Assembly (NCBI GenBank): GCA_030704615.1
Contig: CM060732.1
Span: 33,294,001-33,358,000, forward strand
Direction: 5' to 3'
From: Takakia lepidozioides
Lineage: Eukaryota; Plantae; Bryophyta
Length of the DNA stretch: 64,000 nt
Below the pieces are notes generated by a model that worked only from the letters and a program-made list of their open reading frames with translations, did no database searches and had not been told where the DNA came from. The stretch's first letter is position 1; every line of letters begins with the position of its first letter. The position numbers and the translations under genes were made by a program. Positions 14,159-27,365 of the stretch are shown one piece after another.

Positions 14159-16478
14159 TCATGTAGACTCTTGCGGGCTCTGGATAGCGCCTTTTTCTAC
14201 CAAACTTGCAACTGCATCGGCCAAAGTCTGTTTGAAAGATGTGAACTGCAGACCCAGCTCCTGCACTTTGTTGGTAGAGAACTTCAGGGGTGCCTTCCTC
14301 GGTTGAGTCTCATCCTTGCACCTGCCACATCCATAGAGATGTCTCAAACCTCAGAACCGATACTATACTTGGCTCAAATTGTTAAGCGTACGTCAATCTC
14401 AAATATTTTTCTCTCAACAAATTCAGTAGTTGAAGTTACAGACAGTGTGATCGAAACACCATGATGACCATGCGTGAATGGCAATTGGGAACAATCTTGT
14501 AATTCCGAGTAAGTATTGCTTACTTGGTTGGGATAGGGTATTGGGGGTACATCTCCGCCAGAGTTTCCACAAGTTCACCACGATGCATGGACCACGGTGC
14601 ACAAATGTAACGACCAGATGCCGACGGTGTCTCATAGGCCAGAACGTGTGCCTCCGCCGCATCCTTCACATTCAAATAGGCCTGACACCTATTTGCATAA
14701 GTCCGCGCAGAGCCTGCAAAGTTGACATTGTAGCTGAGTTTAACTTGTCAGGTGGCATTATAAACAGTCGAAGCTACTTCTCAGCCGTAAGGCGCACTGG
14801 TATTGTAACACGAAGAGAGTTGCAGGGTTTCACAGCGAGCACAGCGCGCATGCCACTTCCTACACAGGCAAGTTTACAAACTCTGTTGACAAACTGTCGT
14901 ACTTACGACAGTGGGTTAAACCAAGTATGTCAAGGAGTACAGACCTGTGAGGTACTTGAGGATGTGGGTGCTGCTTTGATTGAGGCCTGCATGCAGCATT
15001 GTCCCCATAGTAACTGGTGGACAGATGGTTACAAGGTCCATGTTGTGGGTTTCAGCGCAACCCCACGCTACCTTCTCAGCCATTGTTTTGGCTAGACAAT
15101 ACCACTCCTGTAGTCAATTCAAGAGGATTGAAATGTCACTCGAAAAAGTTACCAGTTGTAATGTTCAAAGCATGATCTTTCACAGTGAACTCTCCCGATA
15201 TTCCATCTCCTACCACTTGCAAGTTCCGAGAGGTCTGTCAACCTATTAAGAATACATAGCACTTTGCAAAGTGCTTTTCGTAAGTTGAGATTACAAGCTA
15301 GGTAATCACCATTCGTGAGGTCGATATCATTCTGACTACTACACTCTCTTAGAATTAAAATGTATGAAGATACTTTAATGTCGTTGAGATGATTGAGGTT
15401 GCTCCAGCAGCTTTCGTCAATAACTTGTTCGACTGGCCTCTCGGGGTCCATGTACACAGCACCCACTGAAGATGTCATCACCACACGCCTCACGTTGGCA
15501 TGTGCACAAGCAACCATCACGTTCGTTGAGCCCTCCACTGCGGGTTTTATCATTTGCGTCTGCGAACAAAATCAGCCAGTTTATGTAAAGTTAAGAGTCT
15601 GGCCGGTTTGGTCTATTTTACAACCTGTCATAAGTAAAGCACTGAGAGCTCTTGCTTCCTTCCTTCTTTACGGTAAAAACGAGATCCAAAGTGTAGAGAT
15701 TGGATTCTGTATATTCGTGGCTGAAAACTAGTACATCATGCAAGCTTATCATGTCACAGCTTATGAATGGTAATTTTGGAGCCCTCACATGGGGGTCAGT
15801 GATATCATCAGTGACAGGGCATGCAGTGTGAAATACGCCCTGACAGCCTTCGACAGCTTTTCCAATACTGGGGTAATCCAGAATGTCTGCCTTCACTAAC
15901 TCCAGCCTGTCTTTGGCCCCGTCAAAATTCCTCAAATGTGCTGTCTTGACCATATTGTCTGCACAATTAGAAAAGAGGAATCGATAAGTTACAGTTGATT
16001 GGCGATGATAAACAGCTCGAGGTCAAAAAATTTAGGTATGTACAATGGTACCCCTTAATCGTTTCGGAGAGTCGACAGATGGACATTCAAGACTGAAATG
16101 ATCCATGTGAAAAGAAAGAGGGCGGAGAGTGGCTAGCCGGCCTGAAAATCGCTACATTGTTTAATCAAACTCTGCCACTGTTCAACAATGTTAGCACCGG
16201 AGGAAGCCTGGGGAGAAGGAGAGCTGAAACAACAGCGCCAATTCTATAGAAAGGGGACACCATCTGAGATCATTCGGCAAGATTTAATTTGATGTCGCCT
16301 CAGGGGACTTCCAACATTTTGTAGATGAAGCACCTGGGTCGCGCACAGTGCCTCGCACGTAATAGCCACGTTGCAAGAGAAGTTTCACTATCCAGGAAGC
16401 AATGAACCCGTTGGCGCCCGTCACTGCGACTCGACCCTTCCCTTCGCACTCCAACTCGATACCCACATGATATGTCAT
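14159..16478 (-). CDS. CCR: Cinnamoyl-CoA reductase (CCR)/CCR-like extended SDR; 6 exons
   Basis: Exons about 16478-16334, 15960-15790, 15561-15376, 15107-14945, 14713-14525 and 14321-14159. Motifs [19 protein letters not shown] (NADPH binding), [26 protein letters not shown] (YxxxK), [15 protein letters not shown] and SASGRYIC. Confidence 0.9.
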
Positions 16479-17688
16479 TGCAGTGGGCACTAGCCGATGG
16501 TTGACGACAGGTTTTCAAATAATCCAGATATAGATCACCCCTACTCTTGAAACTCTTGAATCCAAATAAATCAGGGCATCAACTCGACTTGAACAAACCC
16601 GATGGAACCACCAGGCCGCAATGAATGCGACGATCTTCGACCAAACTTGCAGTAACTCTTCTAGCTAGCGTGCCAAACGGTGTTCCAAAACCTTGTCATG
16701 GATCATATCGAGTCATGTTTCAGAGCTCTCTGAAAACCTCTTCTGATCTGATCTTCCTGGGCTAAATTGCAAACCGATCCCGAAGTTCCGCTTTCTCTTC
16801 CTGATCCCTCAGCTAACTTATAGCTAGTACCCGACAACTCTTTCACGTCACTACTCTTGCTCTCTCTCCCTCTATAATACACATATACGACTGAGCTGAT
16901 GTCTGAAATCCGAGTGTGTAGGCTGCCTCTTCTCCGACTGCAATATGATACCTCAACTCCTAGTACTCTGCCAAAGTATGAAGAGGACGGGAGAGGGGAG
17001 AACCCGAGCAGCTCGCGGGACTGAATGTTTTTGACATTAGTAAGCAAAGGTAGAATGCGTGGGGGTGCGTGGGACCCGTGAGAGCAGCAACCTTTGGCCC
17101 CACTGAGTCGCACACTGATGTCAACAGCGCTGCTGCCACTGATGAAAACCCTTCGGCCCACAAACATCCCTTTCGTCCCACCACCAAACAAACGTCCAAG
17201 CTCGTCTGGTGTACTCGTGCAGAGATTGAAAAACAGAACGTACTCGCTGCACCGTGCTGCCACAATATCCAAAACCCTCGTTGACTGCTGCCACATCACG
17301 CTTTTGTACAAGCCCATTACGTACCTGGAACTGGCAAGGCGCTGGCCCCCGAACGTCAGGGACTGTCCAGGGTGCACAGTCGCTCGCCAGCGTGGCGCTT
17401 CGTCATTCCACAACTGCAGGCCTATTCTCTATTTTCACCTTTCTTTTTCTTTACTACCTTCCTAACTCGTATTCACCTGCCTTCTATTTCCTACCTACCT
17501 AGAACATGATGTCACCTGTAGAAAATAGGTCATTGGAGATCGACAGCATCTTGAAGGCATGGCGGGGGCCCCATGCCCCACAGGCGTACTCGCTGGAGGG
17601 CCTCTACTTAGGCCACCAGGCTGTCCCAAGGTATAGCCCTACACTATATTTTAGAGTGATAAGGTAAATGGGTTTGAATAAAGTGTCA

Positions 17689-17908
17689 GGTATCCAAGTG
17701 GTTAGGTGTAATCCATGCAAATAAGGTCTAGGGTTCAATTCTTGCTGATGTACAGAGGTGGAGTTAAGCAAACCATGTAGGGAAATTCAGGCTTTTGTTG
17801 TTTAACTACTGGCGCTTTCTTTCTGACGAAGTTTTTGATTTTTACACCCCATCAATTGAAAATTCCTTTGCAAAACTAAAAAACATTTGAAAAAAAAAAA
17901 AAAAAAAA
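17689..17908 (+). mobile_element. Degenerate tRNA-derived SINE-like element with poly(A) tail
   Basis: A-box-like tatccaagtggttag, B-box-like gggttcaattc, and an A18 run at 17891-17908. No TSD recognised. Confidence 0.4.
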
Positions 17909-18205
17909 GCTGACCCACTTTCCAGGTTGAATCTGGCGGAGCTAGTGTAACTTAAATAAGAGCCTCGTACACAGGACTATGTTGGAGAGCAGGTGAGTGC
18001 TAGGCCTCCTACCTTCCTACCTACCGTGCCTATGCATGGCGTCCAAAATATGGTACCATATGGAAGGGCTAGTGTCACATTACACTCCCACCACACGGCC
18101 TCTCCTACCGCACGGCCCACATCTCTTTCTCAAAAAACATTGCAACACTATATGTAGTTACTGTATTTAGTCAGGCATCATAAGGGCGTGTTAGTTCACA
18201 CTGCA

Positions 18206-21200
18206 TTAACCCTTTAGTGTCCGGGCCCATTTTCAGGACATGCTGGGAAAAAAGGACCCTGGCCCATTGAATCTTTTTTATCTCCCAGATTTCTAAGTCC
18301 ATGTAAAAGTGACCGTTGAATTTACTGCCCATCTACCCAAACTATGACCTCAAAAATTTACAGCCGTATCCAATTGCCAGATTAGAAGATTAGAAGATGC
18401 AGATGTGCCCCAAAAAGAATCCTTCCTAAAAATGGAGAGCATAAAAAACCAAAAAAGTTACCAAATTTGGGCAATGCTTCCCTAGCATGATATGAGAGTC
18501 TTGGGAATTGTGTACCTCACTTGATGCCGCACCTTCCCTGAAATTTTCGGTTTTTTTCTGACTTGTTTTCGTGTGGGCTGCTTTTGTACTCACAAATTTG
18601 GGGGTCTCAAAACCCAATTTGAAGCGGGCAGACCAAAATTTGAGCTTCAAAAATTAAGTGGGACACATTTACAGTCCAATTCTCAATCGCTCTGGTCCAT
18701 GTCATCATTGCATGTCAATCTAATTGGGAAATGTTCAGGCTATTTTTGAGCACTGCCCGGTAATTCCCAGCCCAACCTATAATTTGGTCTGCAGCCCTAC
18801 CGTATTTCTTACTTTAGCCCTTGTACCTAGCTGGTTTTGAAACTGTGAAACATGTGGCTGCTGCACATTCTGTTGGAAGTAATTAAACATATCTAAAAGA
18901 CTAGGAGTCTTGAAGGCCAAAGGTTTAGAAGTCTAAGAGACTATCTTGTTTAACTCACCTTTGGAAGGTGAATAGCTAGAAGGTGGATGGTCACCATAGT
19001 GGAAGTGGAAGTGACCAAGTAGGACTTCATAGAGACCTTCTTGTACAAGCTCGGGGGTGAAGCCACTAGTCTAAGTGTAAGAGTATGATGGTGGCTTCTA
19101 TGGTTGGGAGGAGAGCTTTAGTTTTAGCTTTAGACTAAGATTTTAGTTCTTGTTCATGTTCTTGTTCAATTCTAACATGGTATCAGAGCCATTCTTCTCT
19201 AGGTGAGAGTTGGTAGTTGAGATTGAGAGAACTTCATCATGGCTGAAGCGTCATCTTCTAGCAATCCTCATTCTATGTCTATGACGAGTGCATTAGATGT
19301 GAGAGTGGAAGATCGATTCAATGGAACTAACTATCAAACCTGGAAGTTTAGGATAGAGATGGTCATAGACAAAGATCTATGGGGAGTGGGATGGATCAGT
19401 CCCAAGACCTGACACTATTGTTGCCCAAGCCATTTGGGATATGAGGCGACGCAAAAGTTCTATGGTCTGAAGCTGACCGAGTCAGACTCAGTTGAACAAC
19501 ACTTGAATTTGTTTTGTGTATTGCGAGATCAACTAGTCTATGTGGGAACTAATGTGACTGATGAACACGCCACAATGGTGTTATTGGCAACCTTATCTGA
19601 ATCCTATGATGGTTTTGTGGTGTCTCTAGTAGGACAAACCAACTTAACTATTGATGTTGTCATAGGACTTCTCCTCAAGGGAGAAACAAGAAGAAAATGT
19701 CAAGGTACGTCTACAAAGGTAGACAGAGCTTTGTGCAAGACTAGAGTAGTCTTGAATAGAAGACTCTCTTCACATGTGTCTCAGAAGTCCCACAGGTTTC
19801 ATAAACCTCAATCTAGCTCAAAGATTAAAAAAAAACCAAAATAAGATGTTTTTATTGCAAAAAACTTGGTCACATGATCAAATATTGTAGAAATCGCATT
19901 GCAGATGAGCGCAGCAGAGAGGGTCAAGGGAACATAACTACTCATCAAATGAACGTTATTCTATTTGTTGTGTCTCTCTCAGCCACTACTAGACAGAAGC
20001 ATGTGTGGTATGTTGATTCAAGAACATCTCAACATATGAGTTCAGAGAGAGAGCATTTCTTATCATATAAATCTCTTTCATCTACACAATATGTTCTTTT
20101 GGGAGATGATAGCAAGCATGTCATTAGTAGGAAAGGCTTAGTCTCTCTTATGCTCAATGAAGGGGAAACCATAGAGGTGGAAAATGTCCTACATGTCCCT
20201 ACTTTAACAAAGAACCTGCTGTCTGTAAGGCAAATTGTTGCAAAAGGATACAGAGTGGTATTCCAAGATGAGAGTTGTACTATCATAAATAGCTCAGGAG
20301 CTGTGGTAACAAGAACTATTCTTGATAATTGCTTATAGATTACAACATCATGTCTCTAGTGCTCTTACCACATTTTCACCACAATTGGGATCTATACTTG
20401 TCATGTCAGAAACAGAATTGTGGCAAGGTCATGCAACTCTCAAGCCATCTTGTGGAAGGACTATCATTGGAGAAGATAAGTGATATGCGTATATGCAAAG
20501 GTTGCCTAGAAGGGAAGCAACATCGAGGTCAATTTCCTAAGGATGGTGGACAAAGAGCCACAAGTATATTGGAGATTGTACATTCTGATGTGTGCGGGCC
20601 AATGCAAACCACATCACTTGGAGGAGCAAGGTACTTTGTGACATTCATTGATGATTTGTAGGGTTGTGGTGGATTTCCTAAGGCAGAAAAGTTAAGTGCT
20701 AGAGAAATTCAAGGAGTTCTAAGTACTTGCAGAAAACAAACTGGAAAGCCTCTTAAGATTTTGAGATCTGACAATGGTGGTGAATACATCTCAAAGGCTT
20801 TCAATCAACTTTGTCAAGAGAATGGAATAGCTCGACAGCTTACTGTTTCATATACACCTGAGCAGAATGGTGTAGCTGAGCAGATGAATAGATCATTGCA
20901 AGAATTTGCAAGGAGTATGTTGAAAGAAATTAATCGTTCAAATCATTTTTGGGCAGAAGCTGTTGGCACTGCAGCATATCTTCACAACAGAATACCTACA
21001 AAATCAGTATTGGAAAAACACCAGAAGAGGTATGGAGTGGTCAGAAGCCTAGTGTGGCTCATTGTAGGATTTTTGAACGTCGTGCATATGTCTATATTCC
21101 TACTCAGAAGCGAAGGAAACTTTACTCCAAATTAGAAGGATGTATCTTTCATTGGCTACACAGAAAATGTGAAAGGATATAAGTTGTTCAATGAGATAAC

Positions 21201-23324
21201 TAAGGCTGTCAAACACACGTAGTGTTTGATGAAGACTTCATACCCTCTTTGGTAGTAGGAGAAGATGACATGGGAATGAGCTTAGAGCCATTACACCATT
21301 TCCAATATGAGTCTCAGTTGATATGGACTCTAGAGATGAAGTTGAAGATGTGTCAATTCTAAAGAGATCTCAACGGGAAAGAAAAGCTCATAGTAGGCTG
21401 ATTACATCTATGAATGTCATTGAAGCTATGGAAGAAGCATCACAAGTGGTTGAACCTGCTACATATGAGGAAGCGATGCGCTCTCCAGACAAACTACAAT
21501 AGGAAGAAGCAATCAACTCAGAGTTGGATTCATTGATGCAAAACAAAACATGGACACTCACTAGGTTGTCTGTAGCACGAAGAGCCATTGGTTGCAAGTG
21601 GATCTACAAGTTGAAGTACAAAGCTGATAGATCTATTTACCGGTACAAAGCTCGTCTTATAGCTAAAAGCTATGTACAAATTCAAGGAGTGGATTATAAT
21701 GAAACATTCTCACCAGTGGTGAAGATTTCTTCTATCAGAGTGTTGTTAGCTCTTGCAGCTCGACATGATCACGAAGTTCATCAAATGGATGTTAAAACGA
21801 CATTTCTGAATGGAAAACTACAAGAAGAGATCTACATGAGACAACCTGAAGGGTTTGTACAAGGAGAAAGTGATATTGTGTGTAAGCTGCAAAAGTCAAA
21901 GTCCTCGAGCTTAGTATGTCAGGATCGATGCTTATCTTTTAAAGGCAAGATTTGAGCGAAACATTGCTGACACAAACATCTATGTGAAAAAGATGGGAGA
22001 GCAATTTGTGGTCATAGCTCTTTATGTGGATGACACAATCATTGTCACCAACGATCGTCAAAGGTTGTTGCTAGAAACCAAAGCACTGTCGAGTGCTGAG
22101 TTTGTCATAACTGACATGGGTGATATTCGGTTCTGGATTGGTATTCAAATCAGCAGAGATCAAGTGAACCATACAATATTCATGCATCAACGACAATACA
22201 TTGAGACCATTCTACAAAGGTTTAAGTTGGAGATGAGTAAGCCAACATCAACTCCTCTCGAAGTTGGTTTGAAACTTACGAAGGATATGGCACCTAAGAC
22301 TCAAGAAAAGCAGGAAGATATGAGGAAAACTCCTTATCATTACACAAGCAGCAAATGAGGCTATTTGGTTACGGAAGTTGCTTGGAGATTTGGGTCATTT
22401 TCAATCACTACCTATGACTCTCTATTGTGACAATCAAAGTGCGATTGCACTGAGTCAAAATCCGAAGTATCATTCAAAGACGAAGCACATTGAAGTGCAA
22501 CATCATTACATACGGGAAGTTCTATGTAAGGAAGAGATCAAGGTGATATATTGTGCTACAGGAGATATGGTTGCGGATGATTTGACGAAGAGTCTACCAC
22601 AAACAAAACACATCAAGTGTTCAGCCTTACTTGGTGTCTCTTCTCCAAAGACAAACGAAGTAGCTCAATGAAATGGTTTAATTGAGTGGGAGTGTTGGAA
22701 GTAATTAAACATATCTAAAAGGCTAAGAGTCTTAAAGACCAAAGGCTTGGAAGTCTAAGAGACTATCTTGTTTAATTCACCTTTGGAAGGTGAATGGCTA
22801 GAAGGTGGATGATCACCATAGTGGAAGTGGAAGTGACCAAGTAAGACTTCCTAGAGACCTTTTAGTAGAAGCTTGGGGGTGAAGCCACTAGTCTAAGTGT
22901 AAGAGTATGATGGTGGCTTCTATGGTTGGGAGGAGAGCTTTAGTTTTAGTTTTAGTCTAAGACTTTAGTTCTTGTTCATGTTCTTGCTCAATTCTAACAC
23001 ATTCATGGGACATTGGGATGTGTATGGGCCCGCCTTTCTTAGAGTGGAAACCTTTCCGTAACCTCACCGTGGTTGCCATGTAAGCAATCCGGGCAATGAT
23101 TCAGCAAAAATATGTCAAAAAAGCTGAGTTAGCCCTAAATTGGGGGGTCTTACTCCATGTATGTATTTCTTTTTTGAAGATTGGCCAATGCCATTGTGTG
23201 TAAGAGTTTTTTTTCTACTTAATGAGCCTAATTTGACTCAAATCAGAGTTAATCCCAGTAAAAACTGGATGGTTAAAGAAACCTAATAAACCCAAAACGG
23301 GTCGGTTTGACACTTATGGGTTAA
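18206..23324. mobile_element. Candidate non-autonomous TTAA-flanked (piggyBac-like) DNA element of about 1 kb, interrupted by a Copia insertion
   Basis: Left end TTAA|CCCTTTAGTGTC (18206-18221), right end GACACTTATGGG|TTAA (23309-23324). The short TIRs match at 10/12. No transposase. Confidence 0.35.
18871..22999 (+). mobile_element. Degenerate full-span Ty1/Copia LTR retrotransposon
   Basis: 307-bp LTRs (18871-19177 and 22693-22999, TG...CA, about 19 substitutions), TSD CATTC, PBS TGGTATCAGAGC (tRNA-iMet), PPT tgagtgggag. Broken gag, PR (WYVDSRTSQHM), INT ([15 protein letters not shown]), RT (HQMDVKT, LYVDD) and RNase H (YCDNQSA), with stops, frameshifts and an internal deletion near 22350. 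Confidence 0.97.
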
Positions 23325-25878
23325 GCTAACCCTTAAACGACGACGCGACCTGAATCAGGTCGGGTCATTTTTCATCCATCCCGTAATTTCCGTGGATGAA
23401 GTCCGATTTCGTTCATCCCTGAACAAAAAATGTAGCGCGGAAAATTTCACGTCCGTTCTAATTTACAGCGGGCAGAAGCAGTAAATGTTCCGCTGTCTAG
23501 AATTTCTTAAGTGCCAAGGGGGGCGCTAACTGCGTTGACCCTGTTGACGTGGCAGGCGCCAAGGCCGAGTTGCCGACGTGCAGCGTGTGGGGGCGCGGGA
23601 TTCCACCCTGCTGGAATCTAATGCTTGGCCTGCGAAATAATGCGATGCCTGGAGTTGATTCCGTGAGGGCCCGCCTCGTTGTTTGGGTTTTGGCGACGTG
23701 GCCCCCCAAAACCCCCGCCGGAAAGTACTACCTGCTCCGGCCATAACAGCCTGAGCTGGGATGCAAGCCAAAAACTGCTCGATTGCAGATATGAGCATGG
23801 CAATTTTGCAGAATCCAATTTTTTTTTCACCATTGTCTCTGCATTGCTGCAGAGGTGTGAGTGCCCAGGAGTGTGACTATGTATAGCATTCCCACAGGAA
23901 AAATAAAAAACCCTCCATTTTTACTTGGTCAAAAGCTTTTTTCGGGGGTGAAATTGAAATTGGTGGCCATGTGAAAAAACAACATTGCCATTTTGTTATG
24001 ATCTGCCAATTGTAACGGTGAAACTGTCTGAAAATTCATGGACAGATGGATGTAGTAGGTAGGAACATTTCTATAAGGTCCATTTCTGTGGATGATTCAG
24101 GGCAGGAAGTTATGGCCTCATCCATCCCATTATGTATGCTTTTTGGGCTGGCCCACCAAAACGGTGGTGGGATGGGGCGGTGGGCCCAAGACATGCGCAG
24201 AAGACGCCGCTAGATCTTTCCAGAAGCGTCCCTGGAGGCTGGAACTGGAAGGGGCGAAAGCCGGAGATCTGGACGACACAGTATTGTAAAAGCTGTGGAA
24301 GGCTGCCAGACTGCTCACCGACGCCTATGTGAGCCAAAACATGCATGCTCTACAGAAATCTAATCTTAGACTTTGGATCTCGTTTCATTTACTCTACCTT
24401 GGAAAAGGAAACGGCCTCGGTTCTTCATCTCTGACACCTGGGCTGTGTAGTAAACACAATCAGCCAGACTCTTAACTGTACATGATGATTTTTGATCGCA
24501 GAGGCAAATGATTAAAGCCGCAGTGGAGGGCGCACACGAAGCTTTGTGCACATGCCAACTTGAGGCGGTGGTGATGTGTCCGAGAGGAGATTTTTCAGTT
24601 GTCAGAATGACATCCCAGGTGACTGTCACGAATGGTGATTATGTGGCAAGCTTATAATCTCAAAAGTTTACGAATAAGTTAGCTTGATGTCCAGCCTCCA
24701 GGCCTCTCGGAATTGACAAGTAGCATCTAGAAAATGGAAGATCGGGAGAGCTCGCGAAAGATCCGATCATGCCAAGTTGAACATTACAGTAACTTGAGAT
24801 TTCAAGTCAGAGACGACAACAATGGCTGAGAAGGTAGCGTCGTCCTGAAAGCTGAAACCCACAACATGGACCTCGTAACCACCTGTCCAGGGGGCAAGGC
24901 TGATGCTCATGTGGTGGCCCACGCAGGGTGGGCCACGTATTGGGCAGGCTACCTTTCATGAGCCCAAAAAGTAGACTCCCTTGTTTATAGAAGTTAGTAC
25001 ACGTGTCCCACCTCCTCCAATTGGCCTGCGATCGGTGCTGACATGCCTGACATGTCAGACGCATAACGAATGCTGAAATATTAAGATCCAAGAATCTCAG
25101 GCAGTTTATGGCTAATAACGAGACAAACGTTACAAAGCAAATCTTAATACTATAAATTAAGCTGTTGATGAATTTTAGTGAAATATGCAAGACTCTCATA
25201 ATCTTTTATAAATGTAATTTGAGTTGGGGGGCTATTCCCGTAAAAATAAGGGGCTTGGGTACCAAATACAGAAAATACTTTTTTTTATAAAAGGAAGCGG
25301 AGCTCCGTTCATCAAAAATACTTTTATTTCATAATTTCCAGTAAAAGACAAGTGCAGTAGAACTCAACCAACCAATACTAATTCCAATCATATTTCTTGT
25401 ATCTGATTCAAAATTAGTCATAAAGTTTCAAAGATACTTCGGTTTTCAAGACCAACTCTTTCAACCACACATCCATCCTCTCCATCTGGTTAGGGGTGCC
25501 GGCCTAGAGAATCTCTGGAATCAAAGGACGCTACCACAGGAGCGGCAAGGGAAACAAAATGCGACCAGCCAGCCGTTTGGTTGATGAATAGTAACTGACT
25601 ACCACCGCACCTGAAGAATGGCAAGGAGAGGAGAAGACAATGTGATGTGCTTATGTGGAACCGGGTTGGAATCATGTGAGCACAGCATGAGCACCACCCA
25701 AGGGTCATGGGAGTTTTATGTTTTTTTTACCTCGGTCATAGGAGTTATATGTTTTCAAAACGAAACAAAACCATAAGCGGATATATTTTTGGTGCATTTG
25801 TACCACAATCTGCGCCAATCCAGCGAGGCAAAACCTTAGTAGTTTAGCCAGAAACCCTAAACTTAAACCGGCGGCGGT

Positions 25879-26120
25879 GAATTTCGCATTGAGAAATAAT
25901 ATGTGCTATGGGCACAAACTGAATATCGCAGTGAGAAATGATGTGTTATGGGCACGAACTGAACAATGATAGTTTCGATGAATTTCGCATTGAGAAATGA
26001 TATGTGCTTTGGACACAAATTGAATTTCGCAGTGAGAAATGATAGTTTAGGTGAATTTCGCATTGAGAAATGATATGTGCTAAGGGCACAAACCTAAGAA
26101 GCGGTGGGTTTCGCATTGAC
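25879..26120. repeat. Imperfect tandem array of a roughly 30-42-bp unit (gaatttcgcattgagaaatgatatgtgct...)
   Basis: About six tcgca(t/g)tga cores, preceded by a telo-box-like aaaccctaa. Confidence 0.85.
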
Positions 26121-26619
26121 AAAAAGTCACGCCTATAGGGTAACATGTTCATCAGGTATAGGGGCTACTTCTTCTTTACATCATTCAATTTAAATCTGAA
26201 TCTAAATCTAAATTGAATGATGTTCAACAATCTATTATGAACTTATATGTAGTCTACAATGACATGTATCAATGAATGTGTCACCTATTATATTGAGGGG
26301 GATTTACCGGTGACAGGAATGGGTCAACACTTGCTTGAAGGCTAAAGGTTACAAGCCATGGACTGAATGACCAGAAGGCTCCATCACTTTCCCCATACTT
26401 TTGTACTCCACCCGGAAATGAAGACCTCCCTTACCTACCACTAGTCAAGGAGGTCCTCCATAATGGAGATCCTCCGTAATGGAGGACATCCATTAGGTGA
26501 GGTGTGAAGTAGATGTTGTGCAGAATCCAAACGAATAATTAAAATAATATGTACAATGGTGGGAGGTTAGTAAGGGCCATGGAACACTCCCCAAAGAAAC
26601 TGCCCCCACAACGGAATCA

Positions 26620-27365
26620 CCCCTCCTGAAAATGTGTCACCCTCGTAATGGCCCCTCCTTACATCAACGGCCTTCCATGAGGTTGCGGCCCTGCAGGGAA
26701 GAACAAATGTAGTCTTACATGGCCAGCAAAATTCGTTTGCTCTTTCCTGAAGGGACGTGTTTTCTGCGCTCTCGTGGAAGGGTCGACTATTAGTCCATTG
26801 GGGGCATTAAAAAAAAGGGATGACGCATACCAAAAGAAGCGTAAGTTATGGTGTCTCTTTGTCACAATGGACTAATAGGAACTATGGCCTCGTTTACGTT
26901 AGAAGTTGGACACTTTGAACCCTAGATCACATGGCAAGGCACAAAATCCCAACTACCGAGTTACCCGGAAGTTCAATGGGCGCTCAAATGGTCTATATAG
27001 GACAGACGTGGGTATTTTTTGGTATTCTTTAACTTGTGTGGCATCTTTCTTTTGATATTTTTTAACATTAGGTCTTGGAACATCAGAAGCATTGGTTCCC
27101 AAGCTACTAGCCTAGTAGGACAAGCCATGTGGCCCTCTCAGGTAGCCTGGTGGAATAGAACTGTGACCGAACTCTGGCAGAGGAGGCATGCCCACAGAAT
27201 CACCTTTTCCATGGGGGCGCAAAAAACATGTCCCTTTACAAAAGGACACACAAATTTTGCTTGCCCCTTGCCAGTAAAATATGTCTTTGTTTTTTCCTCC
27301 TCCGGTCCCACATTCTTGATGATGTAAGGAGGGGTGATTAGAAGGGTGGCACATTTTCAGTATAG
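26620..27365. mobile_element. Fold-back element: diverged inverted arms of about 170 bp (MULE/MITE-like)
   Basis: ctgaaaatgtgtcaccc..cccctccttacatca..gcaaaatt..aagggacgtgttttctgcgc (26626-26790) pairs with its reverse complement at about 27195-27360. Confidence 0.6.

Noticed and set aside
245-16478. RADA-SBP-CCR as a functional gene cluster
   Set aside because: The pathways are unrelated, and adjacency alone is no evidence.
16703-17413. 236-aa ORF upstream of CCR
   Set aside because: No ATG start and no motif. It lies in a GC-richer promoter region and is likely spurious.
25879-26120. CRISPR-like repeat/spacer pattern
   Set aside because: The intervening segments are themselves repeated, so this is a minisatellite.
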